A stretch of DNA of 64,000 nt from Octopus sinensis (lineage: Eukaryota): positions 17,112,001-17,176,000 of the forward strand of contig NC_043017.1 of NCBI RefSeq assembly GCF_006345805.1. The letters run 5' to 3'. Positions 36,200 to 49,169 of the stretch are shown in pieces (within the stretch, counting starts at the first letter, position 1; each line of letters opens with the position of its first letter). The position numbers were made by a program, and so were the translations under genes. Below the pieces are notes generated by a model that saw only the letters and a list, made by a program, of their open reading frames with translations, searched no databases and was not told where the DNA came from.

Positions 36200-36985
36200 A
36201 ACGGGTGGTGAAGGGCAGTCAACCCTTATGTGACCCTTTTGGCTACATCAGTAACACCTAGGGATTCTGCCCTCCACTTTCACCCTCAGCACTATATCCG
36301 CTACAGCTATTGTTTCTATAATTTTTTCGAGGACTTCTGGGGTGGCCTGAATCAATAACTCAAGCCCTTGCCTCTGCCAGTTCCTATGATCCGTACACGT
36401 GGCTTAGAGGACCACCACTTCCTCCTCCAAGCCCAACAAGATTGCGTCCACCAGCCAGGCTGCATTTATCTCTGGGGGTATGTCCTCCACCTTCACCCTG
36501 GAAGTACGTCTTCCGTGTAGGTGGGCAGGAGCGCTACCTCCTTCGATTTTAGCGGGTTTACAGAGTGCAGCCTGGAGGTTGCTGCATCCCCGAACCGCAT
36601 CTCCACCGTGCCGTACTTCCTACTTCTATTAATGTGCACAATATCGCTCCATATGGGCTTTAATGCCATTTCAATTTGGCTTTGGGACAAAATTTCTACT
36701 TTTTGACTCTCCGCCGAAACATTGAAATATAATCAATTTTTCCTTCTGACTCAACATGATATTCCGGGGCGGGGACACATTAACATAACTTCCATCCTTT
36801 TTTTAACAATTCATTGAACCTTCCAACTTGTTTCATCAATATATTTCTGACTGCTTTTGGCGGCCTTTGCAAATCCATCTTATCCACGTTATCAAAGGCT
36901 CTAAGGAGTTCCTCTTCTGAGGAGGAATACTCAAACGAGCTCATGCTATCAGTATTGGACATATCTACGCAGCCTGCTGCAAAAG
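36200..36985 (-). pseudogene. LINE ORF1 (gag-like) remnant with a CCHC zinc knuckle
   Basis: Manual translation RVKVEDIPPEI...RVKVEGRIPR-CY*CSQKGHIRVDC (CX2CX4HX4C at 36215-36256); upstream ORFs 36493..36690 and 36780..37103. Confidence 0.72.
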
Positions 36986-37420
36986 GGGAATGTATGTATG
37001 TATGTATGTATGTATGTATGTATGTATGTATGTATGTATGCGTGCATGCATGTATGTATGTATGCATGTATGTATTTATGTATGTATGTATACGTGCATA
37101 CATGTATGTATGTATGCATGTGTGTGTGTAAATGTATGTATGTATGTGTGTGTATGTATGTATGTATATATGTGAGTATTTACGTATGTAAGTGTGTAGA
37201 CGTGTTTGCGTGTATGTATATGTAAACGGATGTTTATATCTTGATATGTGTGTCTGTTCAAGTTGTATATATGACTGTTACTCTGTCGAAGGTTGTATGT
37301 ATATTTACTGTTAAAAAAACAAATCGTATATTTTCGTTTAATGCATATTATATATATATATATATATTCTCTCTAGTTTCAGCTCAGAGCTGCGGCCATG
37401 CTGATGCACCGCCGTTTAAA

Positions 37421-37820
37421 TATGTGGCTGTGTGACAAGTAGCTTGCTTACGAACCACATGGTTCCGGTTCAGTCTCATTGCGTGGCACCTTGGGCAAGT
37501 GTCTTCCACTATAGCCTCGGGCTTACCAAAGCCTTGTGAGTGGATTTGGTAGACGGAAACTGAAAGAAACCCGTCGTATATATATATATATATATGTGTG
37601 TGTATGTGTGTGTATATGTTTGTGTGTCTGTGTTTGTCCCCACCCCCAACATCACTTGACAACCGATGCTGGTGTGTTTAGGTCCCCGTAACTTGCGGTT
37701 CGGCAAAAGAAACCGATAGAATAAATACTAGGCTTACAAAGAATAAGTCCTGGGGTCGATTTGCTCGATCAAAGGCGGTGCTCCAGCATGGCCACAGTCA
37801 AATGACTGAAACAAATAAAT
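37421..37820 (+). mobile_element. SINE family A (slightly 5'-clipped)
   Basis: Body and tail match. Confidence 0.88.
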
Positions 37821-37914
37821 AGATATATATATATATATATTATATATTATATATATATTAAGAAATTAAAAGGGAAAATACGCACACTTACATAGTTTTT
37901 AATATATTTTTAAT

Positions 37915-37948
37915 ATATCGACGGTTTCGCTATCGCTATTCATGATAT
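37915..37948 (-). ncRNA. Minimal hammerhead-like motif with A3-U8 core variant
   Basis: Minus strand: atatc-ATGAATA-gc/gata/gc-GAAA-ccg-TC-gatat; about 330 nt 3' of a GIY-YIG stop. Confidence 0.5.
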
Positions 37949-38276
37949 TATGTTTTACTTATTTGAATATATATTTTTTCTTGAGAAGAAATTTGGTCCA
38001 TGTTGTGTGTGATGAAATTCACGAGTGAATGACTTCACTAGTAGACAGATAAAGGGAGGTAATTGGTTGTCGTTATTATTGTTATTGTTGTGGGTAAGAG
38101 AGATAACTGTTGAGCTTTCGGTAATGGGTGGGGATTATATATGTGTACAGAACAGAGACAGGTTTCAAAAACCTTGTTTAGTAGGTGATTTATGTACAGT
38201 GATGTAATCGTGAATTGAAATATGTAAAAATATAAAAGTTGGTTATGCGTGCATATTAAGACGTGTTTTGTATTTT

Positions 38277-39800
38277 TCAATGAAAAAAAGTTTCATTATT
38301 TAAACGTTCTAGTTGAGAGATTGCGTCTTTGCACTGGTAGAAAGGGAAGACTGTGAAATTTGGTTTGATGTTACCTGCACATTTTTCTATCTGTTTACTG
38401 AGAGGAATTTGTCTGTATTGCGGGAAACGGATTTGTGCCTTATGTAGAGTGGTTCTCTTTCTCAAGGTCATACGCGTTTGTCCAATGTACTGATGTCCGC
38501 AACCCGAGCAGTAGAAAAGCGCAGGAAAGTATACTTCCACAAGGAGAAAAAAGGTTATAAAACCAGGCCTACAAGTAAAGTATGCGAGATAGACGAAAGA
38601 TGGAAGAGATACTGGGAGTTGGCCACGTACTTGGAAAGACAAGCAATATTCCCACTAATAAAAACAACAAAAAACCGGATTTAGTTCTATGGAACAGAGA
38701 CCGGAGAATGGGAATTTTACTAGAACTGACAGTACCTTGGGAAGAGAACATCGGCAATGCAGAGGAACGAAAGGAGAAGAGGTATGAAAAGCTAATCGAA
38801 GAATGCAGAGAACAGGGATGGAATGTCGAATATTATCACCTGGCAGTGGGGGTTAGAGGCTTCATAGAAAAGAAAATGACGACGCTTTTCAAAAGAAGAT
38901 TTGTTTTTTTCTAGCCCTGAGCTGCGTAAACTAATAAGGAGAGTACAGGAGGCGGTCGAAAAAGCCAGCTTCTATATATGGCTGAAGCGGGAAGACCGAA
39001 AATGCCTTGAAAGTCATAAACACGCCGACGGGAAATAACATCATTAGGTGAGACAAGCTGACTGACAGGTGACGGTCGTTTAGAAAAAGCGCGGGCTAAA
39101 ACTACGCGCCTCCACTAGTCAGTTAAGGTGAGACAGTGTCACGTGACAACTTGCTGGGGCTGCCAACTGGAGTCTATGCGGCAGGTATTTAAAGGGAAAA
39201 ATTTGACAAGACAGTCACCGGCTGACACTCGCTGACGATACATCGAAGAGGCCAGGGAACAGAAGAAAGAAAACATGTACCCAACACCAGAGCTGAAGAC
39301 ACCTCCGAAAGGGGGTGCCCGCCACGTCAAAACGGTAGAGGAGTAGGGGCCGAAACCGGACGTAGTTCCTCCTGATGATGTCTTGAGCTAACTGGATCCT
39401 ATAAAGGAGCTGTTGTGGTAGCAGACCACGAAACAGGGTTGTAATTCCCCCATAAATTAGGTTCTCAGAGGCACAGGTGAAACTAGTTTTAATTGTGAAC
39501 CTCTGTCCTTGTTTGAAGAGGAAATCCGAGCCTTCAAGCAGATTGGGGCAGGTTCCACAGTTTGGGCGTCCACATTTTTCGACCGTTGGTTTCGTGGTTG
39601 TTTTGTAAAGCTTCGCATTTGTTAGTAGTCTCTTTAGCGATTTGTCTTGTTTTTTGCATTTGATGAGTTTGTGGTTTTCAGGATATCGTTCATTTTCGGA
39701 TCTCTAGTTAGTAAGGAAGAGTTTGCACAATAGTGTTGAATGCCCTCACTTTTTCTGGGGTTGTGTGTTTTGAAATAGTATGTTTTGGTTTGAGTGTGGG
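38277..39800 (-). pseudogene. Penelope-like C-terminus (CGRPNCGTC ... GIY-YIG), split by an RLE LINE
   Basis: 39452-39800 translates ...KSLKRLLTNAK...CGRPNCGTCPNL.EG..F.F...F.IKTSFTCASENLIY. 38277-38522 continues ..CSGCGHQYIGQT..LRKR..LH. Confidence 0.82.
38525..39451 (+). mobile_element. 3' fragment of an RLE-bearing (HERO/NeSL-like) non-LTR element
   Basis: KKPDLVLW...LLELTVPWEEN...E.K..RY..L...GW......VG.RGF, then after a frameshift VEKASFYIWLKR, followed by a GC-richer 3' UTR. Confidence 0.82.
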
Positions 39801-40356
39801 CTATGTTTTTTTTGTTCTTGGTGTTTTTGTGTCTAATTGTTTGGCACGTTTAGTTCCCTCGTCGATAAGAGAGGGTGGATGTTGTCTTTCAATAAGTGTT
39901 GTATAATAAACTTTTAATACTTTTTTGATAGTTTTTTTCCTTTTAGTTTCAGCTCACAAGCTGTGGCCATGCTGGGGCACCGCCATTTGGTGTTGCTACA
40001 TGATTTTACTTCACGAATGCTTTTTAGCAATTGTTATCTGGTGCATGAGAGAGTTCGATGCAGCTGCCCTCATCTGCACCTCCTGCCGTATAAAAAAAAA
40101 TATAAATATAAATATAAATTTAAATATAAATAAATAATCTTAAATTTAAATAATTTAAATTTTATATTTTATATATTTTGTAAATTATAATTAATTATTT
40201 TTTATTTTTATGTTTTGTTTTATGTTTTCACTGATTGGCCTAATAGTGGCTTTATCTCTAATTTAATTTATTTATATATATAAAATATGTATATAATACA
40301 CACACACACACACACACACACACATAACATATATATATATATATTATAATATATTA

Positions 40357-40389
<33 letters not shown>

Positions 40390-40458
40390 TACATATATAT
40401 ATATATATACATATATATATATTATATATATATATATATATGTAATATATATATATAT

Positions 40459-43400
40459 AACTTAGAATAACTTAGAAAGGTTTTGGCCAGTATTGGCCCA
40501 GGCCATGTCTAACTTAATAGCACCACCTGTGAAGTCTTTCAGTTCAGATTTGGGCACCAAGGCCCATTCGAGCAGAGAGTTATTGTTTGCGGAGACATAT
40601 CCGGGTATGGGTGGTTTGTCCGGGACTGTTTGAAGGAATTTGTCCAAAGACTTCTTGAATTTTGTGTGGTCAGTTTTCTTTTTGACGTGCCCTGGTGTAA
40701 TGTTGAAGGAGAGCAGGTCCAATTGAGGTGAAATAGTTGTGCCGTATTGTCGTTATGTGATGCGATTTAGATTTTTGTTGTGGACGGATGGCACGTGGTC
40801 CAATCCTTGGATGCATTTTGAAGGTGATGCCAACATCATTTGGACAGTGCTGGTGGAATATTTTCACATCATACAGATAATGTGTCGTTCACGGCGTCGT
40901 TGGAGTGAATAACAATTTCAGCTTCTCTAGTCTACCCCAGTAGTCAAGGTCTGACATGCCATCTATCTTTTTTGTGATTGACCTTTGGGGAGCTTCAATC
41001 TCATAATATTTTGTTTTGTGTAGGGAGACCAAAGTAGACAGCAGTATTCAAGGTGGGGTCGGGCAAAAGTGGAGAAGAGAAGGATAATAGCGTGGGAATC
41101 TCTCGACTGGAAGGTTCTGAGAATCCAGGAACACATTCTGCGGGCCATGTCAACTTTGCTGCTTATATGTGTAGCCAGCTTATGTTGTTGTCCACTGTTA
41201 CTCCCCAGGTCTCTGATGTTGTGGGATGCCATGAGAATTTCTCCAGAAGGAAGAGAGTATGGGAGTTTCAGAGCGTCCTCCCTTCCAAAGTGGATCAGTT
41301 CAAATTTGTCTTCATTTAGCAACATGTTATTCTTCTCCGCTCATTGGACAACAGCCAGTAGGTCTGACTGAAGGTTTTTCTGTCATCCACGCCATTGATG
41401 ACCTTCTGGAGCTTGGAGTCATCAGCGAAGGTTCTGATGTTACTGTGTTTGATGGTATCAGTAATATCATTTATGTAGATGATGAGAGAAGTGGGCCCAA
41501 CACAGTGCCTGTGGGACACCACTGCTGACTTTGGCTGGGCTGGATTTGACTCCTTCGACACCACATGTTGGGTTTCTGTTAGACAGGACACTTGATCCAC
41601 TGCAGCAACTTTCCAGTGACACCAATATTGGACAGCTTTCTCAGAAGGATCTTATGATCAACCCTGTCAAAGGCCTTGCTGAAATCAAGGTAGATGACAT
41701 CAGTGTTGGAACCTTCTCCCAAGGCTCTCAAAATGTCATCAAAATGATGCAGTAGCTGCGTCAGGCAATCTCTCCCATTACGGAATCCATGCTGGTTGGG
41801 TTCAGCATATTATGCCTCTCAAGGAAGTGAGTCATACGCGATCTCAGCACCCTCTCAAATACCTTGATGATATGAGAGGTGAGTGAGATTGGACGGTAAT
41901 TCACGGCAAGCGATTTGTTTCCTTTTTTGAAAACTGGGACAACAGACTGGGATAGAAGGTCCTCTGGTATATATCCAGCATCCAGTGAGTTCCGCCACAG
42001 ATTGGCTAGAGGGGGTGCAAGTTGGTTTTGACACATCTTCAAGACACAAGCAGGGAACCTATCGGGACCTACTGCTGAATTATGCTTCATTTCCTTTATT
42101 GCTGCTAAGACATCAGGAGCGCCAAATGTTATGTCCGATAAAGTGTATTGGGGAGTAACATCACTGATACAGCCCAGATCAGTCATATCAGGATTGCTGA
42201 AAACAGAGCAATATTGTTTCTGCAATATCTCTCCCATGGTTTTGGCATTGTCTTGAAGAGTACCATTTTCATCAATCAGAGGCCAACAGTTAACCAGTGA
42301 CTCTCTGTTTTTTTGCAAATGAAAAGAACACTTTGGGATTGAGTTTGATCTTCTCAATGGCCCAGCCTCTTCAGCTCTTCGCTGACTATTGATGATAGAC
42401 ATCATGTTGTTTTGGAGTTTATGTTTTTTAATCTCTAGCGACGAGATGGCAGTCAGGTTGGTGTGTTGCTGTTGACAGTATTTCAGCATGTTGATCTTTT
42501 TGTTGATTCTTTTAATTTTCCTTATGAGAGATTTTCTATTTCTAGGGATTCGACACTTAGATTTGTTTGCAGATCTTAATGGGGTGTCTTGCACATATGT
42601 TCGTGATGATGTCTACAAGTGACTGCCAGGACTTTTTAATGTTAGTGGGTGTGTATGTGTGCGTGAAGGACCAATCGACTTGTGCAAGATCATTATTGAT
42701 CGCTTCCCAGTTTGCATTGTGGAAATCCATAGTGTCAAATGGATGAACAGGAGGGATGACATTTGTTTTGCATTTTGGCCAGTGAAATCTCAGATCACAG
42801 AGAACCATGTCATGGTCGGAGAGTAGGGTTTTCTCCACTGCAATATTGTGGATAGTATCAGTGTGATTGCTGAAAATTAAGTCTAAGACGTTTTTGTGAC
42901 ATCTCGTTGGTTCGAGTACCAGTTGGGACAAGAAGAAGTCATCCATGAAGTCAAGAAAGCGATTCTACTGCCTCTCCCTGTCAGGGGTTGAGAGAGAAGA
43001 ACCTGCGGCGGCAACTGTTTGTAGACCAGTCAACCCCGGGAAGGTTGAAGTCTCCCATCATTAAAATGTTGTCAGGTTGACACTGCTGAATGAAACACTT
43101 TATGCTGTTGAGGCATTCCTTGAAGCATGGTAGGGGGGGGGCGTTTGGGGTGGTCTGTAGAGCCCACTACTGTTAAGTTGTGTTTTGACTGAATACAGCG
43201 ACTGCTTTGCAGTATCCATTCGAAAATATGTTCATGGCTTCTGTTGAGAATGAATGATGGACATAAATGGCAGTCCCACCCTTTCTTCTGCCAGCACGAT
43301 CAGCACGAATGGTTTTGAAATTTTTAACTTTCACCTCGGCTTCCAAGTGGAGGTCACTAAGATGGGTTTCAGTGAGGACGAAGAAAGGGATGTGGTTTGG

Positions 43401-44820
43401 ATGGGCCCTCGACCCAGTCCTCCAGGAATCTTATCTTCCATTTTTGTGTATTGGTGGAAGGGCTGATGCCTTGGGCATTAAGCAGAATGTTGAGGCGAGA
43501 GTGGATGGTTTAATGTTTTGGTGATTTGTTTATTTGATTGCTTTTTAATGGCATGTGCAGTGGGGTATTTGTGGTGGATGGTGGTGGGTGATAGCTCGGA
43601 TGTTTTTTTCCAGTTCTTTTGCTAGATTCATCATAGCTAAAAAGAGGAAGAAGAGGTGGTTTCCTGTCTAGGGAACCGCAGGTGACTGTGGCTGCGGCTA
43701 TTTTTATGTGAGTGGTTATCTTTAAATGTCCGACGAGTCCCTGGGAGATGGGTAAAAGGGCAATCCCGTGCAGACACAATCTGTCTCGCTGGGAATAGCG
43801 GCAGATTTGGGGATTCCTTGTTTGATATTTGGTTGTGGTGGTATTGTATTATGGTGGTTGCTGTGTTGTATTTGTGGGGGATAGAGCGTTTTGTTCCAGG
43901 TAAATGGGTGAATTTGCAGTCTCTATCAGTGCACAGTCTATGGCGAAGAGAATATCGGCAAAATGGGGTTTTCGAGTGGGTGTGTAGGTGCGTGTGTGTG
44001 TGTGAGTTGTGAAAGGTGTAGATGATAGTTTGTTGAAGTTTTGGCGACCTTGTGACCTGTAGGAGGTAAATTCCTTGAGATAGCATTAGTAGTAGTAGTT
44101 GTAGTAGTAGTAGGTAGAAAGAGATTTGACAGTGGTAATGATTGAGGAGGTCGATTCCAAGACAAAGATGTTTGTCGATACATAGTTGGAGTTGTACTAG
44201 TAGTAGTAAGCAGAGGAGATGGTGTTGACAATGATGATGATTGAGCTGCTGGGGCAGTGAAAGGAAGGGGTCGTGCTTCCTGCTGTGTGACCCTGATGAC
44301 TGGGGGGTCAATCGTTTCGTTTAGCAAATCGGCCATTGTAGATGAATCGAGGAGTGGTTCATCCTGTTGTCGTTGCTGTATCTGTTGTTGTTGTTGCCGC
44401 TGAGTTTGTTGTTGAGGTTGTTGTTGTTGTTGCCGCTGAGGTTGTTGCTGCTGAAGTTGTTGTTGTTGCTGTAGCTGTTGTTGTTGTTGTTGCCGCCGCT
44501 GAGTTTTATGTTGTTGAGGTTGTTGTTGTTGTTGTTGTTGTTGTTGCGCCGGTGATGCGTTCGAAGAGAAAACACATCTCAGTTTATCGAAGTGTTTATT
44601 TATTAATTTAAAAGCAACTTCGATTTGTTTTCATTAATTTTGTATCTGCTGTTCAGATCGAGTTTGCAAATGGTGAACTGCTCGTTTAGCAATTTCGTTC
44701 AGATACGAAGCACCTATGCTCTCTGTTTCGGTAAGGCCATGCCATGTGTTGATAAGAACGTCGACTTCATTATCAGACCAGTTTTTGTTGGATTTTTGGT
44801 GGCTAGCCATTCTGGTTGAT
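40459..44820 (-). mobile_element. Near-full-length CR1-like LINE (ORF1 + APE + RT), multiply frameshifted
   Basis: APE: LTETHL, YRPP, MGDFNLP, LDLIFSN, LSDH. RT: GPD, NYRPISLTS, YIND..FADD, RPHLEYC..WSPY. 3' tandem (TTCTAAGTTA)2. ORF1 has CCCH fingers and poly-N/T. 5' limit approximate. Confidence 0.9.
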
Positions 44821-45273
44821 AAGTTTTATTAAATTTTATTTTGTTCGTTTGTTTTGTTGATTACTTTTAATTATTTTATTTTATTTTATTTTATTTATTT
44901 ATTTTTTTTTTTAAGGAGAAGTATGTAGAATTGATTGTACAGAATGTTTGCTGTAATACTGAGAAGTTTGTATTTAAATTATGAGCTTGTAGTTATTTTA
45001 TCGTTCTTTTCTTTTCTTTTTTTTTCCCTCCTTTTTCTAATTTTTAATGTGTGGGTGATCCTTTAGTTATCAGAAGGTGTTTGAAAATATTTGTCGTTTG
45101 AAAATTATGAAAATAGTTTGTGGTTAAGGAAAAGTCTACTCACGAGTTGGGAAAGCGTGGTTTCAAATATACAGGAATATATGTGATGGTCAATTACGAC
45201 GAATGTAGCTGTGAAGCTTGCTGCTGACCGGCGCAGAGAGGAGTAAAAACACGTCTTATATATAATATATATG

Positions 45274-45307
<34 letters not shown>

Positions 45308-45310
45308 TAT

Positions 45311-45379
<69 letters not shown>

Positions 45380-45414
45380 TACATATATATAAATATATAT
45401 ATATATATGTATAT

Positions 45415-45451
<37 letters not shown>

Positions 45452-46399
45452 ATATATATACATATATAAATATATATATATATATATGTATTATGTATAT
45501 ATGTATGTATGTGTGTGTGTGTGTTTATGTAGGTGCGTATGTGCGTATGTATGTGTGTGTGTATGTATGTATGTGTATGTATGCATGTATGTGTGTGTAT
45601 GCATGTGTGTGTGTGTATATGTATGTGTGTGTGTATGCATGTATGTGTGTGTGTATGTATGTATGTATGTGTATGCATGTGTGTGTTTGTATATGTATGT
45701 GTGTGTGTGTATGTATGTGTGTGTGTGTGTGTATGTATATATGTGTATGCGTGTGTGTGGTATGTATGTGTGTGTGTATATGTGTGTGTGTGTGTATGTA
45801 TGTATGTATTTATGTACATACATTCACACACACACACACATGCATACATACACACACACGCATACACATAAACACATACATACAAGTGTTTGTGTCTTAA
45901 GTGTTTCCGTCTGTAATTTGAGATTTACTCTCGTACGTACGCATCTGACTTTCGTGTCTGACCTGCTTTCAATTCTTTCCTTCCGCTACCGCTCCCCTTT
46001 TTTACATTTCGCTGCTCCCTCTCGCTATTTCTATGTCTTTCATTGTAGTTTCGCTTCATTCTATTCTGCCCCCCCCCCTTCCACTCCAACTACACTTCGT
46101 CGGCACAGGGAAGAGGTGCGTATCCTCCCTACAAACACTCATACACAAATACAGTACACACACACACACACACACATGCATATATATATATATATGTATA
46201 TGTATATATATATACATATGTATATACATATACATATATATATATATACATATGTATATACATATATATATACATATGTATATACATATGTATATACATG
46301 TATATATATATATACATATGTATATACATATACATATATACATATATATACATATGTATATACATATACATATATATATATATACATATACATATATAT

Positions 46400-46649
46400 C
46401 TCTCTTTTCTCTTTTCTCTCTTTTACTTGTTTCAGTCATTTGACTGCGGCCATGCTGGAGCACCGCCTTTAGTCGAGCAGATCGACCCCGGGACTTATTC
46501 TTTGTAAACCCAGTACTTATTCTATCGGTCGCTTTTGCCGAACAGCTAAGTGACGGGGACATAAACACACCAGCATCGGTTGTCAAGCAATGCTACAGGG
46601 AAAAACACAGACACACAAACATACACACCACACACACACACACCACATA

Positions 46650-46680
<31 letters not shown>

Positions 46681-46841
46681 GACAGGCTTCTTTCAGTTTC
46701 CGTCTACCAAATCCACTCACAAGGCATTGGTCGGCCCGGGGCTATAGCAGTAGTGACTTGCCCAAGATGCCACGCAGTGGGACTGAACCCGGAACCATGT
46801 GGTTGATAAGCAAGCTACTTACCACACAGCAACTCCTGCGC
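46400..46841 (-). mobile_element. SINE family A (full length)
   Basis: Reverse-complement head-to-tail match. Confidence 0.9.
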
Positions 46842-46842
46842 T

Positions 46843-46916
<74 letters not shown>

Positions 46917-47512
46917 ATGTAGGTGTGTATGTAGAATGCTTACATACATATAAGAGAACAAGGTATACGTTACGCCGCAATAATTTATGTATAAAAAATA
47001 TATATAAAAATACAAAATGGGACAAGAACGCAAAACATTCAAATAGACGACATAAAAAAACGGACGGGTCATTCGAAGCGTGTGAGCGTATGTATGTGTG
47101 TGTGTGTATGTATGTGTATGTATGTATATATTTATTCATGTATGTGTGTGTGTATGTATGTGTGTGTGTATGTGTGTGTGTATGTATGTATGTACATAAA
47201 TACATACATATAAGTGTTTGTGTCTTAAGTGTTTCTGTCAGTCAAGAACCGGATCATCCTCGCAATTTCGGCTGATTAATTTTGAGGTCGCTCTGATCCG
47301 GCCAGCCGGAAAAACTAAGCTACGAGCATTAGATTTCTTGGAAAAAGGATCGAATGTATACGAAACAAGGACAGAAAAACGGACGATGCCACACGAATAT
47401 AAATACAAAAAACAATAATAATAATAATAACAGGACAAAAACAACAGGTATCTTTCGACTTTAGACAGTCAACTTAGCTTAGCTGGCGTATTTGGAAAAT
47501 AATGTATGTATA

Positions 47513-47592
<80 letters not shown>

Positions 47593-47683
47593 TAATCCAA
47601 ACGGGAAAACAGAAAAAACAACAACACGTGGAACAATTACAGTATTATTATTATTAGGCGCTCAGGAAAATGGAAGAAGGATG

Positions 47684-47718
47684 GTATGACGTTTCGAGCG
47701 GAGCTCTTCGTCGGAAAC
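47684..47718 (-). ncRNA. Minimal hammerhead-like motif (U4C, GUC triplet)
   Basis: Minus strand: gttt-CCGACGA-a-gagc/tcc/gctc-GAAA-cg-TC-atac. Confidence 0.6.
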
Positions 47719-48649
47719 ATAGGAGAAAGAAAGATCCCGAGACGGGAGGACAGAGGAAAAAAAAAATTGCAGGTAGTCTTCACGAGGTCACATACTAAAA
47801 AGACGGAAGTGGTAAAAAAGGAGGAAAATGTTTTAAAAACGGAGAGCTGAATCAAAGAGGAATGGTAAAAAAGGTGTGCGAGATGACGAGGGTGTGTGTG
47901 TGAGTGTGTGCGTGTGTGTGTATGTGTGTGTATGGTGGACAGTGGCTAGTAGCAGGCAGTAGTAGAATTAAAGGAGTGGTGTGGGGGTACCCTAGCAAGT
48001 CAGAAAGGCAGATCAGAAACAGGGAGGTATGTGTGTGTGCGTGTGTATGTATGTGTGAGTGTGTGCGTGTGCGTGTGTGTATGTGTGTGTGAGGCGAGAT
48101 AAAAAAACAAAAAATATGTATATGTTAGTGCGTGCAGGGCGAACGGATGACATAGCAAGTCTCGAGTGAGTGGTCAGTGGTAAAAAAGGGAGGAAGGAGG
48201 GAAGGAGGGAAAGTATGTAACGTGCCAGTGTGTGTGTTGAGTGGTAGTGTGTGTGTGTCCAGTGTGCATAGTTGTGTGTATGGCAAGTAAATTTGAAGTG
48301 TGTGTAAGTGTAATGTATATATATATGCAAATGTGTGTGTGTGAGTGGGTGTGTGTATGTGTGTGCGTGTGTGTACAAAGAGGGGGGGTTTAAGGAAAAA
48401 ACTGCAGCGGAGAGGTGGGGAAAGGGGAAGATGGAAGAGTGGTCCCGCGGCGACAGGCGTGGGAGAACCCAAAGACACGCGCCGGCCCCAGATACGTACA
48501 GGAGATCTAGTCGGTCACCCACGAGCGTGGTGCATGCATGCGTGTATGCGTGCGCGAATATATCTATTATAAAATAAAGGCAAAAGAAAAACATTCTAAT
48601 GCCAAATATGCCGGCATACTTGGCATTAGAATTTTTTTCTTTTGCCCTT

Positions 48650-49067
48650 ACTCTTTTACTCTTTTACTCTTTTACTTGTTTCAGTCACTTGACTGCGGCA
48701 ATGCTGGAGCACCGCCTTTAGTCGAGCAAATCGACCCCAGGACTTATTCTTTGTAAGCCCAGTACTCATTCTATCGGTCTCTTTTGCCGAACCGCTAAGT
48801 GACGGGGACGTAAACACACCAGCATCGGTTGTCAAGCAATGCTAGGGGGACAAACACAGACACACAAACATACACACACATACATATATATACATACATA
48901 TATACGACAGGCTTCTTTCAGTTTCCGTCTACCAAATCCACTCACAAGGCATTGGTCGGCCCGAGGCTATAGCAGAAGACACTTGCCCAAGATGCCACGC
49001 AGTGGGACTGAACCCGGAACCATGTGGTTGGTAAGCAAGCTACTTACCACACAGCCACTCCTGCGCC
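48650..49067 (-). mobile_element. SINE family A (full length)
   Basis: Reverse-complement head-to-tail match. Confidence 0.9.
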
Positions 49068-49169
49068 TTACTTAACAAGTTATTTATTAAATAAGTTATT
49101 TAAAGGTATTTTTTAATATGCTGTCCATTGATAAAATTTTTTTCGAAAGTTATTATCCTATATATATAT

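Noticed and set aside
39290-39445. CTGAAGA/CTGATGA plus GAAA motifs in the RLE 3' UTR as a hammerhead
   Set aside because: No pairable stem I/III. Only a CACCTCC-GAAA-GGGGGTG tetraloop hairpin is supported.
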